A stretch of DNA of 64,000 nt, from NCBI GenBank assembly GCA_033442325.1, contig JAWQFM010000028.1, positions 912,558 through 976,557 on the forward strand, given 5' to 3'. The number at the start of each line of letters is the position of its first letter. Position 1 is the first letter of the stretch. The position numbers and the translations under genes were made by a program. The notes beneath the pieces were generated by a model. That model was not told the origin of the DNA. It did not search any database and was given only the letters and a program-made list of their open reading frames with translations. Shown here piece by piece: positions 19,083 through 35,928 of this stretch. The stretch is from Salpingoeca rosetta (lineage: Eukaryota; Protista; Choanoflagellata).

Positions 19083-20212
19083 GAGCACGCATGCACGCGT
19101 CCAGAACAAGTTGCAGCGTACCAAATGCCTTGAGCGTCTGCTCGTTGAGGGTCATGCGGTGGGAGGCGTTGAGGTAGTGTGCAAGGTCGTCGTTGAAGAA
19201 GCGTGTGCCGACGAGAGCAACCGCTTTCAAGCCGTGCTTCTTCATCACCTCAAACACGTTCTTCGGCTCCTTGGGCTCCTCCTTGGCCTCCTCCTTAGGC
19301 TCCTCGCCCTCCTCAGACGTGGCAGGGGCGCTCTGCTCCAAAAGCGTGTTGAGGTCGCCTTGGGTGATGGGAACAGGGACGGTGTTCCACTCGTCTGGCT
19401 TGCGATACGCGGCCAGAAACTGCCGGCACGCCTTGGAGGCCACCGACAGCTCACGCACGCGCTACGATGACAGCAAAGAAAACAACAGCGAGATTGGCCA
19501 AGAGCACGGTGGTGAGTGCGACCAAAGCAAGACACATGGCACAAGGGTGATCAATCCGCCAGAGTAACCGACAGCTTGCACCGCCATACTCCCCCACACA
19601 CCCACACCCACACCCACACCCACACATGTCGACGTGCCAGCAACGCAAGCAGGGGACACGAAGAACAACGCAAGCAGGGGACAAACACATCAAGCAGACA
19701 CAGGGGTGTGTGTTTGAGAGGTTGCATACCTGCATGTATTCTGTGAGATCGTCCAGAGGGGAGTCAACCAGCTTGGGCCCCTCGGGTTCCTTGGGCTCTT
19801 CCTCGGGCTGGGCTTCCTCTGCAACAGCAGGCTTGGCCTCCTCCTCGGGCTGCTCGGCGCCAAGCGGGCGGCTCTCAGGCACGACGACTTGCTCCGGCTT
19901 GCTGGCAGCCACCTTGCGGTAGTTGATGGAGGCAGAAGTGGGCTTCTTCTCGCCTGCAGCCTCTGCGGGTGGCTCGTCTTGCTGCTGCTGCTGCTGTTGC
20001 TGTTGCTGCTCCTGCTCCTGCTCGGTCTTGGTTGGCTCCGGGGTTGGCGTTGTTGTCGACTTGGAAGCCGACTTCTTCTTCTTGATGACGCGGACGGCGC
20101 CCGTGGGCTTTCCACGACCAGCGGCTGTGGAACGGCGCGCACCCGCGCGTCCTCGCCCGCCTCGTGCGGAGCTCGCTCTCAGCTGCGCAAGCGCAGCGTT
20201 TGGGGTCGACAT
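17130..20212 (-). CDS. Hypothetical protein: basic/Q/E-rich N-terminus, LRR-like middle, C-terminal YxPP/FPSL and RGG/DR-rich tail, 5 exons
   Basis: Exons join in frame: MSTPNAAL...EYMQ | RVRELSVASK...KAF | GEAVSGVTSLTLDS...LPALEELVV...FKSLQRLVLDRV...LPQLK | AVTIVAYR...EYTIT | GEQKHLL...SKYVPPSQRG...AFPSLG...RGGAWR*. Confidence 0.75.
17190..17545 (-). repeat. Coding tandem repeats (GFDDRDRRSGDSDRVGGRGGGWRDDGD-like units)
   Basis: Several imperfect copies are visible in both DNA and protein. Confidence 0.8.
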
Positions 20213-20569
20213 GGTTGAAGCTATGAAGAAAGGGATGAAGGTGTGTGTGTCTCGCGTCTCGTGTGCGTGTCTCGTGTGTCTCGTGTGTGTCGTTGAATGT
20301 GAATTGTGGATCGTGCGACAAATGGCGGGTCCACGAAACACACGTGTGATCGACAATTATTTATATCATCCACAATAATTCTACATGCAACTGAATCCAG
20401 TCGTTGTTGTGTTGTGTTGTGTGTGTGTGAGTGTGTGCGTGGGTGTGTGTTGTGTGTGTGTGTGTGTGCGTGTGTGTTGTGTTGTGTGTGTGTGTGTGTG
20501 AGTGTGCGTGTGTGTGAGTGTGTGTTGTGTTGTGTTGTGTTGTGTTCGAGGTAGCAGCTTGGTTGTTTG

Positions 20570-25358
<4,789 letters not shown>

Positions 25359-25430
25359 CTCCGCTGCTCGGTCATCAGTCAGTTTTTGCGCGCACTGACA
25401 GTGATGATGACAAGCAGCACGAAGCTTAAG

Positions 25431-25527
<97 letters not shown>

Positions 25528-26454
25528 CTTCACCTTCTCACTCTGTGCCTTTGTGCATACACACATACACACACATGCACATACACACACGCGCCCTGTC
25601 CCTCCCGGTCTCATTTGCAATGCCAATCGTTTCTGCGTTCTCCAACCAGGTCCAACGTGCGTGCGCTTGCGCGGATGCTTCGGATCCTGAACAAGGCCAC
25701 GACTCAGGCGCGCAGCCCCACACATGCCCACGAGTTGGGGCCTGGCGTAGCCATTGCTGCGCCCTGGCGCCAGCCGTGTGCCTCCCACATGCCACCAGGC
25801 ACCCGTGTGCACCTCCATCGCCACCTGGAGACGGTGCGGATGGTGGCAACCGCCTTTCCACACGACGGCACCGCTTCGAATACCCCGACCACCCGAGCCA
25901 CACCAGCAGCATCCTCGCCCCGCACCCGCTAGCGCCGGCACATGCGCGCTGCCATCACCACCAGCAGCGGGCAACACCAGCAACAGCATTCAAGACACCA
26001 AGATCATCACTGACAGACAAGAGGAGCCACCGTGAATGAGGTGTTGTTGATGATGATGATGATGCGAAGCATTGTCTTTGGTCAGCAGCAACATGAACGA
26101 CGGCGCAATGAACCGGAACGCGAACAAGGTGTCAGCAACAGCAAAACAAGGCAGAGTCCTTGGTCACAAACGAGCACGTCTCTTCATCTGATGTGCAACA
26201 CAGAGATAACAAGCAAGCAAGCAAGCAAGCAACAGCGGCAGAAATTGCAAGAATGGGCACGCCGGCTGAATGGGCACGCCGGCAGCGTGCAGCTGCGACA
26301 ACTACAGCAACAGGTGCACCAGCGCACATGAACGGGTCAACAGAGCAAGCAATACGGGCAAGCAACAACAGATGATCAAGCAACAACAAGTGGTCAAGCA
26401 ACAACAAGTGATCAACAGCGACCACAGGAGCGGCAAGGGGAAGTGAGGTCCCGT

Positions 26455-27284
26455 CTAGGCGGCGCTGTTCCTGTTGGCGAGCTGTGCGCGGGAAATGCTG
26501 AGTTGCTCTTCAACAGCGGAGAAGTGTGGCCGCGCGTTTGGATTCTGCTCCATGCAGTCTGCACACAGCGCCTGGTACCACGCAGGCGTATCTGCAGACG
26601 GATGTGTTGTGTGTGTGTGTGTGTTGTGTTTGTGTGTTTGCGTGAGTGAGTGAGTGTGTGTGTGTGTGAGTGTGAGTGAGTGAGTGAGTGAGTGAGTGTG
26701 TGTGTGTGTGTGAGTGTGTGTGTGCGAGTGCGTGCGTGAATGTGCCTGTGATTGTATTGTGTGCTCGCACACGACGCACATATGTGCAACATGATTGCGT
26801 GGTTCATGGCTCGATGAATAAACCGCCGCCCCATCACCACCGTCACACGTGCCAGCGTGCCACATGTCAGCAACCCCAACCTGTGTCATCGGGAAAGCGG
26901 AGCCGCTTTCCTTCCTCCAAGAGACTGATGAGTTTGGAGTTGAGGGGCCCACCGAACACGGGGCACTCCTGCTCAATCAGGTCTGGCCGCCGCTGCGTCG
27001 CAATCTCCCACAGCAGCACGCCAAAGCTGAACACATCTGCCTTTGCGTCGTTTGCCGTGCCGGCCAGGGCCTCCGGGGCCATGTACGCGGGCGTGCCAAC
27101 ACCGCATGCCATGGACTCTGCCACCACGCTCGCAGAGTACTTTCGGTCGCGCTGCAGCAGTGTCTGCACGTCCATGCCTTTCTGTTGCGACAGCTTCACC
27201 GTGCCAAAGTCTGTGATCTTGGCCCGTAGCCTGTCCGTCACCAGCACATTCGCGCTCTTCAAATCCCTACACGAGCCCGGGAAG

Positions 27285-27335
<51 letters not shown>

Positions 27336-30300
27336 CGTGGGCACGTATACGCATGTATCATGTATGTGCGTGAGCGCAATGCGACAAGATGAGACAAAAA
27401 GCTGTCGTAGCTCCACCCATACACAGACACGCACGCACACACACACCAACAGACACCCCAACACAGACACCCCAACACACACACACACACACTCACCTGT
27501 GTACGTGGCCGAGGGAGTGAATGAACTTCATGCCATTGGCGACGTCTTGTGCGAGTTGCAGCTTCAGGCCCCACACGGTGGTAGGTCGTGCCGTGGTGTT
27601 GCAAAACGCAGTCACGTGCACAAGATCATCCTCCTCTGCAACAGCAATACCCTCGCCGTGCGACCACACGCTGTTGGATCGATGCCGCGTGTTGCTACCA
27701 CCACCACCATCACCAGCACCACCACCACCACTGTTTCGAGTAGCAGCAGCAGCATCAATCACCACGCGTGTCTCACCGCCTCCAGCACGCTCGCCATCGC
27801 CATCCTCGCGGTTGACGAGCAACGGCACCGTGTCTGAGGTGTTGGGCACGCCTCTGCTGTTGCGCCGTGCACCGCCAAGCACCAGGCTGCCAAGGCGTCC
27901 AGCAACACTCCCACGCCGTTTCACGCTGCCCCCGCGACCACCACCACCACGACGGCCACTGCGTTCTCTCGCCGCCAGCAGTGCGGCCATATCAGCCTGC
28001 AGCAGGTCCTCCAGCGTGCCGCGCGACACAAACTCGAGCACGAGAAAGGGAGCGCCGGAGCCAGGCTTTGTGCCTGCTCCAAAGAAGCGTACGAGATTCG
28101 GGTGCCGCGTGCGCTGCAGGAAGTCCAACTCCTTCTCAAAGTCGGCAGCAAAGTCAGGCGCACCCATGTCACCGCCATCACCACCATTGCCACTGGTGTC
28201 CGTGCATAGCCCGTTGGATGACTTGAGGATCTTCACGGCAACGTCGATGTTGTCCCAGCGGGCCAGATACACGTCTCCAGTGGCCGTGCCCGCGCTGATG
28301 CGTTTCGTGATGTGCAGTTCCTCAAAGCCAATGTACCACGCGCGCTTCAGCTGCATCACCTCCTCGTCCTTTGCCTCCAGCAGCTGTTTCTGCAGGTCGC
28401 CGCGCTGCCGCAGCCGCCGCACGGGCTTGTAGTGGCACTCGTACAGCAGCACCAGGAGCCCGTTGGTGGCAACAATGGCGAGCACAATGCCAACAATCGC
28501 CTCGGTCGTCAGTGCGGGGTTGGGCCGACACGTGCTGCCGGCCAGGTGGTGGCCTTGGGCGCAATCGCAAGCGAAACTGTACACCAGTGCTGACTGCGCC
28601 AGGCTCTGTGCCTCGGTGTTGGTGCGGTTGGTGCTGCGGTGGCTGGTGCCTCCTGCTGGAATGAGCTCGTTCACATTTGTCTCGTCCCACAGCGTGCTGC
28701 GGCCGGCGCGCAGCTCCAGGCTGAGCTGGCAGGAGACGGGCATGTTGTCGGTGATGAAGACGGTGATGACGTTTGCGTTGTCGGCGTTGATGCACGCGCC
28801 CTGGTCCCTGCCCACCTCCACACTCGGCAGCGCAGCGTTGAGGAGGCTCGGGTCTCGCAAGACCGTGTTGTTGGAGATGTCAAACACCTGCGTGTTGTGC
28901 ACACAGCGCTCAAGCATGCTGTCCAGCCGTTGCCGCTGGCTGTCTTGTAGCAGCTCGGGCATGGACGCGAGCTCGCGCATGAAAAGCCGCGAGTGGCCAA
29001 GCGTGTCGCACAACTCCACCAGGTTGTTGAAGTTTGTGCCGCTGATGTCAAGCGTGAACACCTTGGGCACGTCAATCGTGGTCAGCTTCTGGCACTGGGA
29101 CACGTTGAGGATGTGGAGGTCTGACGCAATGTGGACGGTTGTCAGCTCTGGGTTGTGGATGATGTACACGTTCTCAAACACAACGTTGTTGCTGCTGCTG
29201 TCATTGCTGCTGCTGTCATTGCTGCTGCTCTTGCCCTCACCACCACCACCACCACCACCATCTTCACCACCACCACCATCTTCACCACCATCACCATCTT
29301 CACCACCACCACCACCACCAGCGCTGTCATCGTTGTCGCTGTTGTTGCTGTTGGTGGTGCAAAGGTCAACCGTCTTGTGCCGGGTGCCAACCAGCTTGAG
29401 CTCGTTTACAACGCCGGTGCTGCTGCTGTCGAAGAGGTGGCACAGGGAGGGGATGGGCAGGGTCTTGTCGTTGAACATGCTGTGGCCAATGTGCAGCTTC
29501 ATCAGGTGGGCGTCCTTGACGTTGTTGAGCGTGTGCTTCTCAAAGTACATGTTCTCCAGTGTGAGGGCTGTCAGGTTTGGCGCGGACACCTGCTTGTCGA
29601 TGACGAGGCGCGGGGTGTGCTTGGTGTCAGGGCTTGCGCTCAGCTCCAGCTCGCGAAGTGGCAGCAGGCGCACATCGCTGCCGATGGACACCTCGAGAAT
29701 CCGGTGGTTGGCCAGGGACAGCACCTCCAAGTTGGACGGCAGGTCTGCAAAGTTGACGGGGTCTGAGATCTTGTTGTTGGCGAGGCTGAGGGTCTTGAGC
29801 GATTGCACCAGGGCCTGTTTAGCAGAGGTGAGCTGGTTGTTTGCCAGGCTGAGGGTGGTCAGCTGCTGCATGCGTTTGAACGCGTCGGCCTCAATGTGTG
29901 CAATGGCGTTGTTGCTCAGAACCAGCAGCTCCGTGCGGGTGGCGCGGGACAGCGCCTCAGCAGACACTTTGGTGAGGCAATTGTTGGCCAGGTTGAGGTG
30001 CGCAAGGTTGCCCAGCGTGCTCAGGAACGCGTCGGGGAGCTGCGTGATTCCGTTGCCGCTCAGGTCAAGCGTGTGCAGGCTGTTGCTGGCTGGTTGCTCT
30101 GGAGCAAGCAGTAGCGCCTCGCTTTCGCTTGGGGCACCACCGCCATCCACCGCATCCAGGTTTCTGTTGTGGCTGTTGTGGTTGCTGTCATCTTCGGTGC
30201 TGTCTGCCTCCTCAAATTCCTTGAGCGAGAGCGCCTCATTCGAGTGGCGGCAGCCGCCCGCACCAGAGCGGCCTCTGGTTGCACCGTTGATGTTGTTGAG

Positions 30301-32213
30301 AAGAAGGATTTCCAGCGCGTGCATGGAGCGGACTGGCGCTGGGATGGCGCCGAGTGGGTTCCCGCCGAGGTTGAGCATGGTGAGCCCGGTGACCCCAAGC
30401 AGCGCGTTGGACACGCGCGTGAGCAAGTTGTCGGCCAGGTTGAGGGCGGTGAGGGCGGTGAGGTTGCGAAAGTGTGTGTTGGGAATGGCGCTGAGGCTGT
30501 TGCCGCTCAGGTCAAGCGAGGTGAGCTGCGTCAGGTTCTTGGGGAAGGGCTCCGTGATGTTGGTGATGCGGTTGGCGCTGAACGTGAACACCTTGAGGCT
30601 GACCAAGGGCTCCAGGATGGCTGGCGTCAGCTTGGTGATGCGGTTTCCTGCCAAGGAGAGGTACTGCAGGCGCGAAAGCCCCTTGAGCGTGACGTCCCCT
30701 TGTGCAACTTGCTCCAGCCGGTTGTCGGCGAGATCAAGGTGGGTGAGCGCCCCGAGTGGGGCCAGCATGGCGGTATTCAGGCGAGGGAGCCGGTTGCCTG
30801 CGAGAACCAGCGTAGACAGGCGAGTGAGGCCGTTGAAGGTGGCGTTGTCCAGGGTCCTCAGGGCATTGGAGGTGAGATCGAGGCGCTCCAGAGCGGTCAG
30901 GCCATGTAGCACCGTGGAGGAGAGGCCGGTGAGGCCGCAGCGCACCAGCGTAATGGTGCGGAGGGTGCTATTAAACTGGTGCTCTTCCGCGTGCTGATCT
31001 TCGTTTCGCCGCAGGAAGCGGAGGTTGGCGTTGGTGGCGTTCAACACCTCGAGGCTATGAAACTGGCGCAAACTGGCAAAGTGGAAGTCGCTCTTGAGCT
31101 CAAAGTCCCGCATCTCAATGCTTTTGACGGAGCGCCATGTGGTTGCATTGAACATGTGGTGGAGGACGTTTGCCTCCAAGGTCGGCAGCTCCAGGGTGTG
31201 TTCGATGCGCCTGCCCCTGATGATGAGATGGTTGAGAGAGCCGTTGATGTTCAAGGCCTCAAAGGCCTTGGTCACGTCTGCGGTTGGCGGGCTATCCTCG
31301 GGCAGGACGATGGTGAGCGTGGTGACCTTGGGAGGTGTAGCACAAGCCTGATTCAAGACGTCCGTCAGCACGCACTCCGCCACCTGGACGTCACGGGTGT
31401 CCTGGTCATTGGTCCTTGAGAGGGGCGACGCCGACTCGCGTCGAATGCGTTCGTGCTGGGGTTGGTCTTGGTGTGAGGGTAGGTAAGGTTGCCGCGGGTC
31501 TCCAACTGCGTCATCGGGTTCGCGGGCGGTGACGTTGCTTCGCTGAGTGTCGCCGTTTGCGTCAGCGTTGCTGCTGGTTTTGTGAGCGTCGGTTCGGGTA
31601 ACGGCGGTTGCAGTGTCGCGCACGTGATCAGACCTGCTGCGGTGGTTGTCGTGGCCGTTATTGTGGTGGTGGTTGTGGTTATTATCAAGACGATCGTCGT
31701 GGCCCTTGCTGGCAGTTGAAACAAAGACGGCTTCTTCTCGCTGGTGATGTGACTGTGAGGGTTTCGCGGACAGCAGCCCTTCTCCTTCTTCGCCATCGTC
31801 ACACAGGAGCGTGACCGCAATCTCCAAGGAATGGGTGGTGGCTGCAGTAGGGAGGTGCTTGCGCGCCGTCTCCAGCTCTCGCCACGCCTGCTGGCACAAC
31901 TGTGCCTTCAGCGGACAGCCTGTCCACTGCATGGAAAGAGGGGTGTCCGGAGAAGGACCACTGCGCGAAGTGCGCAAGTGTTCTTGTTGTTTTGGTGACT
32001 GGTTTGAGTTTGTGCACTGGGAGATGAGGGCACGGGCGCTTGCCTTAGCTTTGGCGGAGCCCGCGGGTGCCACCCATTGCTGCTGCTGCTGCTGATGTGG
32101 CAGTAGAGACGTTGTCACTGCATCCTGCGCAGCAGATACACCCAAGCAAAAAGAAAGCACAACAACAACGACAACAGGACACGACAACCCATCTCCGGTG
32201 TTGTGGAGTTGCC
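26455..32213 (-). CDS. LRR receptor-like transmembrane kinase (TKL-group Ser/Thr-type); start codon not resolved
   Basis: Hydrophobic signal-like segment VVVVVVLSFCLGVSA; many LxxLxLxxNxL repeats; Cys-rich juxtamembrane CDCAQG...C; TM AIVGIVLAIVATNGLLVLLY; kinase VAVK, HR|DLKSAN, DFG, GTPAYMAPE, DVFSFG, RP. Exons approx 32213-27497, 27265-26882, 26591-26455. Confidence 0.9.
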
Positions 32214-32348
32214 TGCAGGCTCCCTGTGCTTTTTGTGCGCGTCGAAAATTAACTAAAGGTTTCCACCAATCGCCATTTGACGGCAAACGTTTGCACGAGA
32301 GAAGGAAGGAAGATGGCGACGAAGACAGCAGAGGTCAGTGGCGTGGTG

Positions 32349-32413
<65 letters not shown>

Positions 32414-32624
32414 CTTGCGTTGGTTGCCCGAACCGGGATTACTTGAGATGCTTTTGTGCTTTCCCCGGACTTGGACAACGATTGGACCCAGACATGGGGG
32501 GTGGCGGAGTAAACTGTAAGGAAAGAGGTGATCTCTATAAGGGAGCATCGTCAGGGTAGCCTGATATAATGTTTGCGCATGAGTGACAACGTGTCTTCTT
32601 TTTATTCTTTTTTATGTTTTATTT

Positions 32625-32724
32625 NNNNNNNNNNNNNNNNNNNNNNNNNNNNNNNNNNNNNNNNNNNNNNNNNNNNNNNNNNNNNNNNNNNNNNNNNNNN
32701 NNNNNNNNNNNNNNNNNNNNNNNN
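32625..32724. other. Scaffold gap (100 N) with AT-rich, low-quality-looking flanks
   Basis: Run of N lying between the divergent 5' ends of the kinase gene and SF3A1. Confidence 0.99.
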
Positions 32725-32935
32725 TCCCCCTTCTCCGAGCAGATTAGATAAAATAAAAAAAAAAAATAGTTTTTTCTTCATTGTGTTTACTTGTCTAGGG
32801 GTGCGCGTTATTGAAGTGTAGGAGGAGGTATAAGTTCACGCGGATGCGAATATAAATAAAGTACAAAATAACACTCACTTTTCTTGCGCACTTTTTAAGA
32901 TGTTTGACACACGCTCACACACACACACACGCACA

Positions 32936-33026
<91 letters not shown>

Positions 33027-33029
<3 letters not shown>

Positions 33030-35865
33030 CGTTGGCCAATCTGAACATTGCTGAAGAGGAAGAGGTTGAGGTAAGTGCATGAAAGTTGTTATGGCCCAGC
33101 ACGTGTCGGTGTGCATTATTGCGTTCGTGTGTGGTAAAACGTAGGTCTCGTGTCGCTTTCAAGGGACTGACATGCACGTCCGTCTCGCCTGTAGGACACA
33201 ACGGAGGCGGTGGTGAAGGAGCCCAAGCCCTTTGGGTTTGGGGACGAGCCCCCGCCCATGTCGGTGCAAACCCTCGACATGCTCAAGCTCACGGCCCTCT
33301 ACGTCGCAAAGAACGGCAACCAGTTCCTCCAGGAGCTCATGCAGGTGCGTGGTTATGCGTGCGTGTGTGTGTGTGTGTGTGTGCAGATGCATATGCGTGT
33401 GCGGGTGTGTGCGTGTGTTTGTGTGCGTGTGTGCGTGTGTGTTTGTGTGTTTGTGTGTTTGTGTTTGTGTTTGTGTGCGTGTTTGTCCATGCCACGATGG
33501 CACACGAATGCCACAATGGCATGCACGCATGCCCACAGCCGTCATATTCCTCATCTGTCAAACACTCATCTCTGTTCCACCACGTGCACGCAATGCAATA
33601 CACAACACCAGCGGGAGGCACGCAACTACCAGTTTGACTTTTTGCGGCCAAACCACTCCCTCTACAACTACTTCACCAAGCTCACCGACCAGTACAGACA
33701 GGTGCGTGCGCGTGTGCTTGCATGTGTTGTGTGTTTGATGTATACGACGCAGTGGGGGTGATTGTGTGTGTGTGTGTGTATGTGTGTTGTGTGTGTATCC
33801 AAGCAATGTGTGAGCCATCTCTTCCATTTGCCTTTTCGCTTGTTGCAATGCGTTACCCGTTGTCCGTCTCCCCTGTCCTCCACCCACCACCTTCATTGCA
33901 ACCGCACAATTCACGCGCAACACGCACACAATGTCGCGCCTGCTGCTGTCGACAGGTGCTGATGCCGAAACGTGAGATGCTGTCGTCGCTCGCGGACTAT
34001 GCCAACGGGTTCAGCGCGCCCCTCAAGCGCATGCAGCACGTGGCCGCCTGGGGCAAGAAGCTTGCACAGGAGCAACAGCAGCGCGCAGACGAGGAGGAGG
34101 CAGAGCGAAGTGCGTCATGCTGTTGCTGATGGTGGACGGTGGTGGTGGACGTGATGGGCGTCTAGCGTGGTTGCAGCGTTGTTTGTGTTGGCATTCCACC
34201 TGATGTGCTCCCGGCTTGTTTCACAGCACTCACGTTGTATTTTGCACATGGGTTTGCACATGTGTGTGTGTGTGTGCAGTTGCGCGGGCGCAGATTGACT
34301 GGCATGACTTTGTCGTTGTTGCCACCATTGAGTTTGGGCCTCAAGACTCTGGTATGCACGAACATGCACTCGTTCATCTGTCGACTTGGGTTGTGTACTG
34401 TCCATCGTCCGTCTACATTGACCACGGACTGCCACAACCACATCATCATCATGGCCTCATGTTGCCTGATCGTGCCTCTCACCCTCCCCCCCCCCTCTGC
34501 GCGCCCTTCAGACCTCCCGCCGCCCGTGGATCCCGAGGAGCTTGGCGTGCGGGTGATTGAGATGGAGCAGGCCGAGCAGCAGCTGAAGGAGAAGTTGGAG
34601 CAGCAGCCGCGCGCACGCACCGCCCCGCAGCAGGAGGACGCGAAGGAGCACAAGGAGGAGAAGGTACGGGGTATTGGTGATGGACACGCTGGCGGTGCTG
34701 GGGTCGCGTGTAGGTGTGTAGATGTGTGTGGATGTGCGTGTGTGTGTGGATGTGTGGATGTGTGGATTTGTGGATGTATGGATTTGTGGATGTGTGTGTG
34801 TGTGTGGGCGTGTGGATGTGTGTGTGTGTGTAGTTGTGTGCTCTTAACCGGCCAAGCGTTCTTCCTTTCCCATCTCCGTGTTTCACCAATGCACCCTCCT
34901 TCTGCCCCCCCCCTTCAGGCGATGGATGTTGGTGGTGAGGGTGGCGAGGAAGTTGCCATGGAGGTTGAGGAGGAGACAGCGGCGGCAGAGGAGCCAGCAG
35001 CACCTCCGCCAACCACGACAACCGCCGCCGCCGCCGCGGCTGGCGGTGGTGACGAGATCAAGATCAGGTTTGTGCGTACGTGCGTGTGCATGCGTGTGTG
35101 CGTGTGTGTGTGCGTGCGTGTTTGCATGCATGCGTGCGTGCGTGCATGCGTGTGTGCGTGTATGTGTGTGTGTACATGCGTGTGTGCGGGCGTGCGTGTT
35201 TGTGTATGTGTGTGCGCGTGTTTCTGTATGTGTGTGTATCTTATTGTGCCACGACGTTTGTTTCCTGCGTCTCGTTCTCCTCCTCACCACAACCACCACC
35301 ATCACGACCACTCGTGCTGCCATTGCATGCATCAGGGAGTATGATCCAAAGAGCAAGACGCGGCCCGCGGCAGCAGCGGCCGCCGGCAAGGAGGAGATGC
35401 TTGTCTCTCCGCTCACCGGTCAGTTCCATACAAATCAACATCACCTCTTTGTTTGGTGGTCATCGTGTGTGTGTGTGTGTGTGTGTGCGTGTGTGTGTGT
35501 GTGCGTGCAGAGCCACGCCGCAAAAAGCTTGACCCTTCGTTGCAAGCGTTAATCATCGCCGTCTCGGATATGTCTTTACGTCGGGGGACTCTGGGTCATA
35601 ATTTAGGTGTCGCTATCGTGCACATTTATTAAGTTGCGCACGGGCGGGCCCGGGGCGGCCCCCTCCCGTGGAAATCTCTAGAGATCCCTGGAAATCCATA
35701 GGAGGTTCAGCTTATGCCTATCATCTAGTAGCGTTAGGGTATGTTCCAGAAGGACTTGGGGATATGAGAGCCGTACAGGTGGCATGAGAGCGGAGGTTAT
35801 CCATACCATTTCCAGATGTTAAGGAAATTATCCTACACGTACATGTGCATGTGTGTGTGTGTGTG

Positions 35866-35928
<63 letters not shown>

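Noticed and set aside
25426-26430. GC-rich stretch with several short ORFs and a small direct repeat (gaatgggcacgccggc x2)
   Set aside because: No recognisable domain or consistent exon chain; it may be UTR or upstream exons of the coiled-coil gene, which I cannot support.
32410-33026. SF3A1 apparently lacking its start and first SURP domain (pseudogene?) and AT-rich sequence
   Set aside because: Adjacent to a scaffold gap; the missing exons probably lie in the gap and the flanks look like poor-quality read ends.
35510-35835. Compositionally odd segment within an SF3A1 intron (possible insertion or mobile element)
   Set aside because: No ORF, terminal repeats or target-site duplication seen. 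It lies between microsatellites and most likely is low-quality read sequence; raw reads would decide.
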